Below, piece after piece: positions 9,085 to 17,928 of a stretch of DNA of 24,000 bases. Each line of letters opens with the position of its first letter. The first letter of the stretch is position 1. This DNA is from Flavobacteriales bacterium (lineage in GTDB: Bacteria > Bacteroidota > Bacteroidia > Flavobacteriales_D > Parvicellaceae). The notes under the pieces are model-generated. The model saw only the letters and a list, made by a program, of their open reading frames with translations, searched no databases and was not told the origin of the DNA. Both the position numbers and the translations under genes were made by a program. The stretch spans positions 20,790 through 44,789 of the forward strand of contig JAQWSL010000007.1 in NCBI GenBank assembly GCA_029243225.1, given 5' to 3'.

Positions 9085-10575
9085 TTAAATACATTTAACT
9101 TCTAGGGTTAATTTATTTAGTATTTCAACCATAGCCAAGGTATCTAATTTGCAGTATTCTAGTAAATCTTTTCTCGCGTTTTGATTGTTGCCTTTAAAAG
9201 TTCCGCTCATCATTTGAGAAAAGGTGTGACTAGCCATACCGCCCTCCTTAATTGTTAAACTTTCATAAGATAAATTGTTTATCATAGCAGGTAGAACGTT
9301 TTTAATTGAGTAAGAGCCTTTCATTTCTTTTTTATAGTACCATTTTTTTTGGAATGGAACCATTAAGTCTTTAATCCTAGAAATAAGTTGTTTTAATTCG
9401 ATTTCATACTCAGGAAATGCTTCTGCTAACTGTTTTATTTTGCTGCTTTCAAAACTTTTGTTATAAACAATAATATCCCCTGATCCTCTACAGGATTTAA
9501 TTAAATTTTTAATAAAATTTAATCTAGGATCAGAGCCATCTGCAACTGCCAAATGTTCATAATGAGTGGTTTTACCATTCCTTTCTTTTTGAATGTGTAA
9601 AGAAAATTGAAAAACCATGTGTTCATAAGGTTTTGAGTTGTTGAAAATTGGCACAGCAGAACTAAATGTTTCAAAATCTAGATAATATAAAGGGAGTTGA
9701 AGTTCTGAAATGAAATTTGATATTTTAATTTCATTAATTATTTTTTCGTTTGATTGCTCACATGAAACTTGAATTTTTTGATTCTTACTAAGTGGATAAT
9801 CTGTTGGGATATCATCTATTTTTAGAATTCCCTTTTTAAAAAGATCAAATTTCTTTTCTTGACTAAGGTTAGAAATATCAAAAACTGAATATTTAGGAAT
9901 GTTTTCCCAGCAATTGCCAATGAAATCACAGTTGTATGGTGATGTACAATGGGGACCTATATCTTTTGGAGGAATGTCTTTTTGATTTAATATTTTTTTT
10001 TGATTTTCAATCTCTTTAGAAATATCCATCTCTATTTTTGAAATTTCATCTTTTACTGAAGTAACTGTAAAGAGTTTTTCTAAATCGAGCTCATTTTTTT
10101 TAACATATTTATTATTAATGTGAACAATAAAAACATCTTCTAATTTTAGACCCGAATTTTCAATAACATAAGATTGAATTGCCGCATCATTAATGTGAGT
10201 TTTAGAAATACTTGTTGAGCTTTTAACTTCATAAGCTTTCCAACCATTTTCATTTTTAACTAAAATGTCTAAAATTGCTAATACACCATTAAATTGAAAT
10301 GCAGCTTCGTAAATTACTTTTTTACCTCCGTGAATACACAATTGAGTTTTTTTTATTGCATCTTCAAAATTATAAAATGTTTTAGTAGTACAATCTATTC
10401 CATTGGGGAATAGCTGCTGAGCTAATTCACCGACCATATCACCTTGATTGAAAATTGCTTTCTGCATTTCAGAAAGTTCATCTTTAAGGTCTCTATTGTG
10501 TTTGTTTAAGTAGAGTGATTTTGAACATTTTAAACCTCTTATAAAGGTTGATTTGGACAATACATGTTTTTGCAT
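9085..10575 (-). CDS. DUF2779 domain protein; predicted RecB/Cas4-like nuclease plus DEDD-type exonuclease fusion
   Basis: N-half: Cys17 in 'GLKCSKSLYL', 'AILDILV...YEVKSS...QSYV' (D, ExK, QxxxY-like motifs) and 'HCTSPYNCDFIGNC' Cys cluster. C-half: 'YYLDFETFSSAVPIF' and 'YCKLDTLAMVEIL', typical of a DnaQ/RNase H-like DEDD fold. Confidence 0.8.
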   Translation of the reverse strand: MQKHVLSKSTFIRGLKCSKSLYLNKHNRDLKDELSEMQKAIFNQGDMVGELAQQLFPNGIDCTTKTFYNFEDAIKKTQLCIHGGKKVIYEAAFQFNGVLAILDILVKNENGWKAYEVKSSTSISKTHINDAAIQSYVIENSGLKLEDVFIVHINNKYVKKNELDLEKLFTVTSVKDEISKIEMDISKEIENQKKILNQKDIPPKDIGPHCTSPYNCDFIGNCWENIPKYSVFDISNLSQEKKFDLFKKGILKIDDIPTDYPLSKNQKIQVSCEQSNEKIINEIKISNFISELQLPLYYLDFETFSSAVPIFNNSKPYEHMVFQFSLHIQKERNGKTTHYEHLAVADGSDPRLNFIKNLIKSCRGSGDIIVYNKSFESSKIKQLAEAFPEYEIELKQLISRIKDLMVPFQKKWYYKKEMKGSYSIKNVLPAMINNLSYESLTIKEGGMASHTFSQMMSGTFKGNNQNARKDLLEYCKLDTLAMVEILNKLTLEVKCI

Positions 10576-10610
10576 GTATGTAAATTACAAAATCAAATAA
10601 GATTTTATTA

Positions 10611-11762
10611 CTATTTGTTGCTAATAAATTTTGAAGAAAAAAGATTTCGTTTGTTATCCTCAATTAATATAAAATAGATACCTTTTTTATAGTAATTGTT
10701 TAGCATGATTTGATCATTGCTAATGTCTTTGATAAATGTAATTTCTTTACCTAAATTATTGATGATCTTTAAGCGGTAAGGTTTCTTAATTTTATTAGTT
10801 ACTTCAATCACGAAATTTGTTTCAATTGGATTGGGCATTACTTTAATGTATTTAGATTCTTGTATGTTATTTTCATTAATTGAAGAAACAATGCCATTTA
10901 ACATACTAACAACTTCGTTAGTATTCCCTAAATCGTAAAAATCTACAGTTAAAAAATTGGGAAATTTGTTTTTTTCAATTTGACATTGAAGCGCTCTATT
11001 AATAAAAAAAGGATTTGAATTAGCTACAGACGATGCATTTTCATCTCCTGTTCCAAGTATAGTTGTTACAAAATGATTGAAAATAAATAAATCATTTATT
11101 GAATCTCCTCTGTTAAAGTCACAATTAAAGTCATTTTGATTATTTACTGAATAATGTGTTTCTACTGCATAATCCCATACATAATGATACCATTGTTGAT
11201 TAGCTGTTGCATCATCAACATCTGAAAAAATTACTAATCTGGTGTTGTTGTTTATCATATTTTGTAAAGTAGGCCACGAACTTGTTGTGTCGTGTGTATA
11301 AAGAAAAGTGTTTAACCCAGATTGATTAATTACACTTTCAATAGAATTTGCATCTGTATAGCATTCAAAAATAATAGTAACAACTTCATTCGTGTTGGTG
11401 GCTAAAAACTGATTAATTTGATTTAAGTAATCAATTAAAGGATTAGACCCGAGAATTGCAGATCCATGATATACCATAGGTGTTCCACCACTATCGTAAA
11501 CATCAAGCATTAATGCTCTTACACCATTATTAAGTTGTGTCACAATGTTGAAATTCTGATTTGGTAAACTAAAATTACCTTCTGCTGAATTAAATGAATT
11601 GTGTGTTGTAAGATACGCTACAGTATTGTAGGTTTTGTTGCATAAACTAGCAGAGCCATTGCATTGAGCTTTTGCTGTAAAAGAAAATAATATTACTATA
11701 ATTGAGAAAATTAATTTCAATGAATAAGTTTTAAATTTCAACACCAATAACAAGAACATCAT
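10611..11762 (-). CDS. Secreted PI-PLC-like phosphodiesterase with T9SS type A sorting domain
   Basis: Signal peptide-like N-terminus ending 'FTAKAQ'. 'YLTTHNSFN' and 'VYHGS' carry the two catalytic-type His of the PLC-X fold. C-terminal 'KVMPNPIETNFVIEV...GKEI...YYKKGIYFILIE' type A tail. The true start may be a downstream TTG, because the listed start overlaps the upstream gene. Confidence 0.82.
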   Translation of the reverse strand: MMFLLLVLKFKTYSLKLIFSIIVILFSFTAKAQCNGSASLCNKTYNTVAYLTTHNSFNSAEGNFSLPNQNFNIVTQLNNGVRALMLDVYDSGGTPMVYHGSAILGSNPLIDYLNQINQFLATNTNEVVTIIFECYTDANSIESVINQSGLNTFLYTHDTTSSWPTLQNMINNNTRLVIFSDVDDATANQQWYHYVWDYAVETHYSVNNQNDFNCDFNRGDSINDLFIFNHFVTTILGTGDENASSVANSNPFFINRALQCQIEKNKFPNFLTVDFYDLGNTNEVVSMLNGIVSSINENNIQESKYIKVMPNPIETNFVIEVTNKIKKPYRLKIINNLGKEITFIKDISNDQIMLNNYYKKGIYFILIEDNKRNLFSSKFISNK

Positions 11763-14700
11763 CTAATTGTTCTTCATTTTTTTTCCAAGAATTGAACTTT
11801 TCCTTAAAGATATCCTTTTGTTTATTTAATGGAGTTTTGTCTAATTCTAAAATTAATTCTTTAAATCTTCTAATTAGAAATTTTTTATTTTTTTCCCCTC
11901 CAAATTGATCAATATACCCATCAGAGAACATGTAAATTCTATCTCCTTTCTTAATAGGAATCTCTAGCTCAATTGGTGTCTCATTTCTTTGATTCATCTC
12001 TCCAACAGAACACGGCATGGATTCGAAAGTATGTATTTCTTCCCCATCCCATAAAATAATGGGTCTCCTTGCACCAGAAAAAGTAAATATATTTTCATTT
12101 TGGTTAAAGGCACAGATTGATAAATCTATACCATCTTTCTGAAAAGAATCTCCACTTCTATGAATTGAATTATAGATTCCAATGTCTAAAAGTTCTAAAG
12201 CCAAGCCCGGAGAGTTTACTTTTGGATCTAAAATAATTTGATTCATTAACTCACTTCCTAACATCGAAAGAAATGCTCCAGGAATTCCATGACCTGTACA
12301 ATCGGCACATGCAATTATTAGGTAATCACCTTTTTTCTTAAACCAATAAAAGTCTCCACTTACGATGTCTCTTGGTTGGTTGTAAATAAAAAAGTCAGAA
12401 AAAAAAGATTCTAAAATTTTCACATTTGGAAGCACTGCTTGTTGAATGTTCTTTGCGTAATTAATGCTATCTGTAATGTTGTTATTTTTGAGTTCTATGA
12501 TTTCTTTTTGTTTGGTCACTTTTATTTTTTCTTTATTTAATTCTCTTGTGCGTAATTCAACTTTTTCTAATAATAAAACACGATTTTTCTCTGCCTTTAT
12601 GCTTCTGAATTTTAATACTAGATAAAACGAAATGAGAACTACAAAGCAAATTAATATTATGAACCATTCTCTTTCCCAAAAGGGAGGGATGATTTCAAAT
12701 TCATAACTGATTAAATCAGATTCAACCATATCTCCATTGGCCCCTTTAATATATAAAGTGTATTTTCCTGAAGGTAAGTAAGAATAGATTGCTCTATTTC
12801 TTTTACTCCAAGGAGACCAGTCTTTATCAAAATTTTTTAATTTATAGCTGTATGTAACTTGATGGGGATTTCCAAAATGCAAACCAATGAATTCAAATGA
12901 TAGATGATTCTCTGTATGTTTAAACTTCTTCTTAGAATTTTCAATTTCGTTTTTAAGAAATAATTTTTTACTTGTAAAATGCATTAAAGGCGGAATAGAA
13001 TCAAAAGTTATTTCTTTAGCGTTACACTTAATTGCTCCCTTAACTGTACCAAACCATAAATCACCATTTTTATCTTTGAATTTTGCATTTTGATTTGTTT
13101 CAACTCCAGTGAAACCTTGATTTATTCCATAATGTTTGAATAAGTTTTTATTTCCAGTTGAATTAGAACCTGTTGTGTCACTGATAACATCTAATCCAGA
13201 ATTTGTGCCTACCCAAACTTTACCGAAATTATCTGCAATTATTAGGTAAGGGTTGTTAGAGCTTAATCCGTTTTTAGAATCAAACTGTATGAATTTTGTA
13301 CCATCGTATTTAAAAATACCTCCTCCGATAGTACCTACCCAAATATTTCCATTAATGTCTTCAGTAATACTTCCAGCTCTTAGATTAAGGAGTCCATCTT
13401 CATGGTTTAGTGTTTGAAAACCCTCACCATCCCAAACTGAAACCCCAGCATCATCAGAACCAAAATATACTAATCCCTTTTTTGAGGAGAATACTGTCCA
13501 AAACTTGTTGCTACAAAGACCGTCAGATTTAAAGAATGATTCAATTTGAATTTCTTTTAGAGATATGTCAATTTTGCTAATACCATTGTTATAGCTCGCC
13601 AGCCAAATAAATCCATTAATGTCTTGACAAATACTAATTATATAATTGTCAGATATTCCATCCTCAGTTGTTAAATGCTGAACTAGATTGAAATTTTCAT
13701 CAATTATATAGACTCCATCATTAGTGCCAAGCCATATGTTATTTTTATTATCTTCAAAAACAGATCTTAAATTATTTAATTTAAAATTGAATAATTTACT
13801 TACATGGATTATGTCAGTAGTTGATTTTCTCTTTTTATTATCAATTAATATTACATCTAATTCACTTTTTGCACCAACCCATAATCGGTTGTTGTGATCC
13901 ATTAAAAGTGTTGTAACTTGATTGTTCTGAAGCCCATAAAATTTATCGTAAGCCTGAAACTTTGCTGTAATAACTTGCGAAACACCATCGCCTTCAGAAC
14001 CGATCCATAAATTGTTTTCATTGTCAAAAAGTATGGTGTTTATCTTGTTTGAGAGTAAATTATTTTTTGTAGTTAATGCTTGGATATAATTTTCTTTAAA
14101 AATTAGAGCACCATTTTCTTTATTTGAAACATAAATTTCATTGGTTTTTGAAATTGCAATATCTGTAAATGTGTTTTCAAGGCTGATTTCTGAAACAACT
14201 TCATTTTCTTTGAAGAAAGTTAATCCTTTTGATGAAATAACAATTAATTCATTATTAGTGTCCCAGTCAAAGTCATAAACTATTGATTGGTCCAATAGTT
14301 TTGATTTGAATTTTAAATTCTCATCTAGAATAATAAGTCCATTACTTGTTGCTATATATAGTTGTTTGTTATTGGATTTAATTTCATTAAGTCTAGTGAG
14401 TTTGTTAGTGTCAACAGAGATAACATTTTTAATGTGTATTGAGTCGTTTGTTAATTCTAAATTGAAAATACCATCAGAGGAGCTAATTCCCATCACGCCA
14501 TTCTTCCAATTTGTTAAAGCAATAATATCGGAGTTTAATTCTTTAGGATGATTGTTAAATATCTTGTTTTTGGAAATACAAGAAAAACCATCATATCTAT
14601 GTCCAGTCCAAATGTTACTGTAATTATCTTCGCAAATAGCTTTAACATGATTATCTGCTAAATTGTTTTTTTGACTGAAAGTGTTAAAATCTATTCCGTT

Positions 14701-14880
14701 AAACCTTGAAACCCCTCCTTGTGTTCCAAGCCAAATGAACCCTTTTGAGTCTTGAAATATATCGTATACACTAGATTGAGGAAGTCCTTCAGCTAAATTG
14801 AAGTTTTTAAAATTGAATTGTTGTGCATATGAATTTAATATGAGATGAATACAAATAAGTATTACAAAACTTTTTTTCAT
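11731..14880 (-). CDS. Second sensor phosphatase: propeller repeats, Y_Y_Y, TM, SpoIIE/PP2C-type serine phosphatase
   Basis: Same architecture as the 4270..7509 protein. 'FIWLGTQGGVSRFNG', 'LWIGSEGDGV', 'IWVGTIGGGIF', then 'FWEREWFIILICFVVLISFYLV' and 'RDIVSGDFYWF', 'ACADCTGHGIPGAFLSMLG', 'DGIDLSICAF', 'YMFSDGYIDQFG'. Confidence 0.92.
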   Translation of the reverse strand: MKKSFVILICIHLILNSYAQQFNFKNFNLAEGLPQSSVYDIFQDSKGFIWLGTQGGVSRFNGIDFNTFSQKNNLADNHVKAICEDNYSNIWTGHRYDGFSCISKNKIFNNHPKELNSDIIALTNWKNGVMGISSSDGIFNLELTNDSIHIKNVISVDTNKLTRLNEIKSNNKQLYIATSNGLIILDENLKFKSKLLDQSIVYDFDWDTNNELIVISSKGLTFFKENEVVSEISLENTFTDIAISKTNEIYVSNKENGALIFKENYIQALTTKNNLLSNKINTILFDNENNLWIGSEGDGVSQVITAKFQAYDKFYGLQNNQVTTLLMDHNNRLWVGAKSELDVILIDNKKRKSTTDIIHVSKLFNFKLNNLRSVFEDNKNNIWLGTNDGVYIIDENFNLVQHLTTEDGISDNYIISICQDINGFIWLASYNNGISKIDISLKEIQIESFFKSDGLCSNKFWTVFSSKKGLVYFGSDDAGVSVWDGEGFQTLNHEDGLLNLRAGSITEDINGNIWVGTIGGGIFKYDGTKFIQFDSKNGLSSNNPYLIIADNFGKVWVGTNSGLDVISDTTGSNSTGNKNLFKHYGINQGFTGVETNQNAKFKDKNGDLWFGTVKGAIKCNAKEITFDSIPPLMHFTSKKLFLKNEIENSKKKFKHTENHLSFEFIGLHFGNPHQVTYSYKLKNFDKDWSPWSKRNRAIYSYLPSGKYTLYIKGANGDMVESDLISYEFEIIPPFWEREWFIILICFVVLISFYLVLKFRSIKAEKNRVLLLEKVELRTRELNKEKIKVTKQKEIIELKNNNITDSINYAKNIQQAVLPNVKILESFFSDFFIYNQPRDIVSGDFYWFKKKGDYLIIACADCTGHGIPGAFLSMLGSELMNQIILDPKVNSPGLALELLDIGIYNSIHRSGDSFQKDGIDLSICAFNQNENIFTFSGARRPIILWDGEEIHTFESMPCSVGEMNQRNETPIELEIPIKKGDRIYMFSDGYIDQFGGEKNKKFLIRRFKELILELDKTPLNKQKDIFKEKFNSWKKNEEQLDDVLVIGVEI

Positions 14881-14898
14881 AATTAAATTTCCTTTTCA

Positions 14899-14906
14899 CA
14901 AAGGTA
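14899..14906 (-). promoter_or_regulatory. Candidate Bacteroidetes -7 box (TAnnTTTG) for the 14880->11731 gene
   Basis: The minus strand reads TACCTTTG, an exact match to TAnnTTTG, about 20 nt upstream of the ATG. No well-spaced -33 TTG was seen. Confidence 0.4.
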
Positions 14907-14920
14907 ATTACTTTAGTAAT

Positions 14921-16717
14921 TTAATATGTTTTTGCAATGGTTTTCGTTAGAAAACCTTTGTTTGTCACAATTGAAACAATATAAATTCCTGAATTAAAAC
15001 CTTGTAAATTTATTTTCGAAGAATTACTATTAAAATCTTTGATAGTCACAATTTTTTTACCTGATATGTCGAAAATATTTATTTCGTTAATTTCTAGATT
15101 AGAGCTCCAATTAATGAAAATTTCATTTTTTGTTGGATTTGGAAATACCGACCATAAGTTTTGAGTGAAATTTTCAATTCCTACTGTATATATATATGGA
15201 TTCGATGTATAAATGCAACCATCTGAATTTATTATACTTACAGTAAAGTCTCCAGAATTTTGAGGAAAATATGTTGCTGAATTAGCTCCAGAAATAGGCG
15301 TTCCATTATTGTTCCATTGAACAGTCCAACCTAATGGTGCTGATGTGAACAATTCTAAATTTGAGTTAATATCAATAACAGGGCTTGTTGCAGTTGAATC
15401 ACAATATACCGCATAAATAGTATCTGATGATGTACCACAGCCATAATTGTTAAAAGCAATTAGGTGGTAATATCCTGAGTTTTCAATTGTATCTGTCGGG
15501 GAAGTGTGTCCTGCAATAATAGTGTCGTTCACATACCATTGTAAGCCGTACTGTGTAGAATCTGTAGATAAAACGTATAAATTGTTGTCAAATTCAATGT
15601 TGGGTTGTCCGGGAACATCATAAATCTGAATAGTATCATTGCTTAATATCGATGGTGATGGTAAGATTTGTAAATAATCTATAGTATAAGTAACATCTGC
15701 ATAGCTGCCAGCCGAACAATTTGAACAAGAATTTAGATTGATGTTATGAGATCCTATGTAATCATCTGATCCATAAGTGAATTCAGCTGTATTGGATTGA
15801 GCAGCAGATTCATCAGCATCCATTACAGAAATTTCATAAGTTTTGTTTGGGTCAAGATTAATGTTCATTGTCCAGGTAATGGGGCCGTTATTATTATATT
15901 CAAATGTTGACTGGTAAATTAAGTTCCCATCTTCGTAAAGTATGAAATAGGGGTCTGGCATATTTCCATTTAACAATTCCCATCCCCAAGGAGCACCTGT
16001 CCAACTTTCAGTAACATTTTCAATAGTAAAGCTTGTTAGTGTATAAACATCGACAGTGTCAATACTATTGTATGCTTGATAAGTAACATGGTATTCTCCA
16101 GGAGAATTGTATTGTTGAGTCGATGGGTTTTCAGCTGTAGTAGTATTTCCATTATCAAAATCCCAAAAATAAGCAGCTAATCCAGGGTTGTTATTAGTAA
16201 AGTCAATACTTACTGGAAAGCAACCAGATGAATTGTTCATTGAAAAACCAGAATTACCAGAGCCAGGGTTGTTTTGATTCACAGCCATAAAAACAGAAAA
16301 TGAAATTGGAATGTTATTTATTGTTTGACCAGAGGCAATAACATTAACAAGGATGCTAACTTCGATATCATAGTTTCCAGCTAATAAGGGTGTTCCAAAG
16401 ATGTTTATACAGCCATATATGTTACTCTGAGGGTCATAATTACAACCACCTGCAGAGTTGTCACATTCCCAGTCTAATCCAACAGGGAGTGCAATGTTGA
16501 CAATTTGAAAGTTTGTAATAGTTGCTCCCATTGTGTCTAAAATCATAACAAAGGTAACATCTTCACTATATGGATTTCCGATAAATCCATCTGGCAAAGA
16601 GTCAGGATAAATTCCAGGTTGAGTATATGAATAATCTATCGTACATGTTTGAGAATAGAATAAATTAGAATTAAAAATTGAAAAAACAAGAAGTAAAAAT
16701 GCTATAAATTTTTTCAT
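14921..16717 (-). CDS. Secreted PKD-domain protein with T9SS type A sorting domain
   Basis: Signal peptide 'MKKFIAFLLLVFSIFNSNLFYSQ'. PKD motif 'FWDFDNGNTTTAENPSTQQYNSPGEYHVTY'. C-terminal 'WSVFPNPTKNEIFINW...NIFDISGKKI...GFNSGIYIVSI'. Confidence 0.88.
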   Translation of the reverse strand: MKKFIAFLLLVFSIFNSNLFYSQTCTIDYSYTQPGIYPDSLPDGFIGNPYSEDVTFVMILDTMGATITNFQIVNIALPVGLDWECDNSAGGCNYDPQSNIYGCINIFGTPLLAGNYDIEVSILVNVIASGQTINNIPISFSVFMAVNQNNPGSGNSGFSMNNSSGCFPVSIDFTNNNPGLAAYFWDFDNGNTTTAENPSTQQYNSPGEYHVTYQAYNSIDTVDVYTLTSFTIENVTESWTGAPWGWELLNGNMPDPYFILYEDGNLIYQSTFEYNNNGPITWTMNINLDPNKTYEISVMDADESAAQSNTAEFTYGSDDYIGSHNINLNSCSNCSAGSYADVTYTIDYLQILPSPSILSNDTIQIYDVPGQPNIEFDNNLYVLSTDSTQYGLQWYVNDTIIAGHTSPTDTIENSGYYHLIAFNNYGCGTSSDTIYAVYCDSTATSPVIDINSNLELFTSAPLGWTVQWNNNGTPISGANSATYFPQNSGDFTVSIINSDGCIYTSNPYIYTVGIENFTQNLWSVFPNPTKNEIFINWSSNLEINEINIFDISGKKIVTIKDFNSNSSKINLQGFNSGIYIVSIVTNKGFLTKTIAKTY

Positions 16718-16820
16718 TATTTAGAGTGATAAATTCTATATAAAGCTAAAATATTTAAAGTAAAGTAAAAAATACAAGCTAAATATTTCAAAAAATGAAT
16801 GATTATAAAGTTGTAAATGT

Positions 16821-16849
16821 TTTATTTTTTCATCGACTAAAAAAATAAA
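16821..16849. terminator. Possible AT-only hairpin terminator in the porP/sprF-like to 16717 gene gap
   Basis: TTTATTTTTT-(9 nt)-AAAAAATAAA, a perfect 10 bp stem with no GC, 24 nt past the minus-strand stop of the 16873..17928 gene. Confidence 0.3.
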
Positions 16850-16872
16850 CTAAAGGCGTTTTGTTGTAGAAA

Positions 16873-17928
16873 TTAGAGATTATTTGTCTTAATAAATCCT
16901 TTGGATCCTCTAGATTTAAAAAGTGCATTTCTGGTATTTGCCCATTGAAACGAAATTTCAAATCCACCAGAATTTGCTTGGCTAATTTCTGAAACTGAAA
17001 GTTCGTAAAGCAATCCAATTTTACAACTTCCAAATTCAACCATAATTTGAGGCGCAATGGCATCTTTAAGGCGATGAATTAAGCCAAAGCCAAAGTATGA
17101 TTCTGTATATATTCCTGTGTATTTAGTTCCATTTCTAAGCCTTGCTTTCATCATGGCATTTATTAATAACATTTGATGAGGTCCTTGATTCATGAAAACA
17201 AAAGAAACTGCTGAAGCCCATTCAGAATTTGGTATATCAAGCTGCGCACCTGAATGAATTACAAGTTTAGCATCTAGCTTATCTTCATTACCATTAGAGA
17301 ATTTTAATTGAGGTTGAGAAACATGAAAATAAGCAACACCAGCATAGATATTGGATAGCTCATTTCTAGTTAAATTATTTTTTTTACCGCTATAACTGTA
17401 AAAAACTCCAGCGCCAAAATCTTCATGAAAGAAAGAAGAATTTGAAGAAGATTCATTAGAGTTAATGTTAGAATCAAAAGAAGTTCCGTCAAATTGGTTA
17501 CCCCAACTTAAATTGCCTAATTTTCCTGTTCTTTGTACTGCCCCCATTTGAATTGCTGCCGAAACAGTTTGATTTTCAGCAATTGGAATAATTCCGGAAA
17601 TGGAAAAATTTAGTTGGTTAATTCCAAATTGACCTTCACCTGCTATATCATTGAAAAAAGACAAACCTAATCCTAAATAACTCTTTTGTTTTCCGTTGTC
17701 ATTCTTTAAAAGATTCATGTCAAATGAAAATTGAGAAGTCATATAAGATTTATCAATGCCTAGCCACTGTTTTCTGTTCGATATAGTTACTCTTTCCCAA
17801 CCATTGAAAACACCTATTGATGCAGGGTTGATAAGTTGAGGTACAAAAGTGCTTTGAGCAAAATGTACATCTTGTGCTTTAAAATTAAAGCAGGTGAAAA
17901 TTAATAGTAAATAAATTAACTTTTTCAT
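16873..17928 (-). CDS. PorP/SprF family type IX secretion-associated outer membrane protein
   Basis: 'AQDVHFAQSTFVPQLINPASIGVFNGWERVTISNRKQW' N-terminal signature and 'GLIHRLKDAIAPQIMVEFGSCKIGLLYELSVSEI', typical of the PorP/SprF family. Confidence 0.92.
   Translation of the reverse strand: MKKLIYLLLIFTCFNFKAQDVHFAQSTFVPQLINPASIGVFNGWERVTISNRKQWLGIDKSYMTSQFSFDMNLLKNDNGKQKSYLGLGLSFFNDIAGEGQFGINQLNFSISGIIPIAENQTVSAAIQMGAVQRTGKLGNLSWGNQFDGTSFDSNINSNESSSNSSFFHEDFGAGVFYSYSGKKNNLTRNELSNIYAGVAYFHVSQPQLKFSNGNEDKLDAKLVIHSGAQLDIPNSEWASAVSFVFMNQGPHQMLLINAMMKARLRNGTKYTGIYTESYFGFGLIHRLKDAIAPQIMVEFGSCKIGLLYELSVSEISQANSGGFEISFQWANTRNALFKSRGSKGFIKTNNL

Noticed and set aside
9085-10575. The Cas4-like motifs as evidence of a CRISPR adaptation module
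   Set aside because: No cas1/cas2, no repeat-spacer array and no other cas gene in the window. The DUF2779 family fits better.
14306-14551. Plus-strand ORF 81 aa inside the second sensor phosphatase gene
   Set aside because: Antisense to a strong propeller domain gene, with no domain signature.
16830-17063. Plus-strand ORF 77 aa overlapping the 3' end of the porP/sprF-like gene
   Set aside because: Mostly antisense to a well-supported family and begins inside the AT-rich hairpin; treated as chance.
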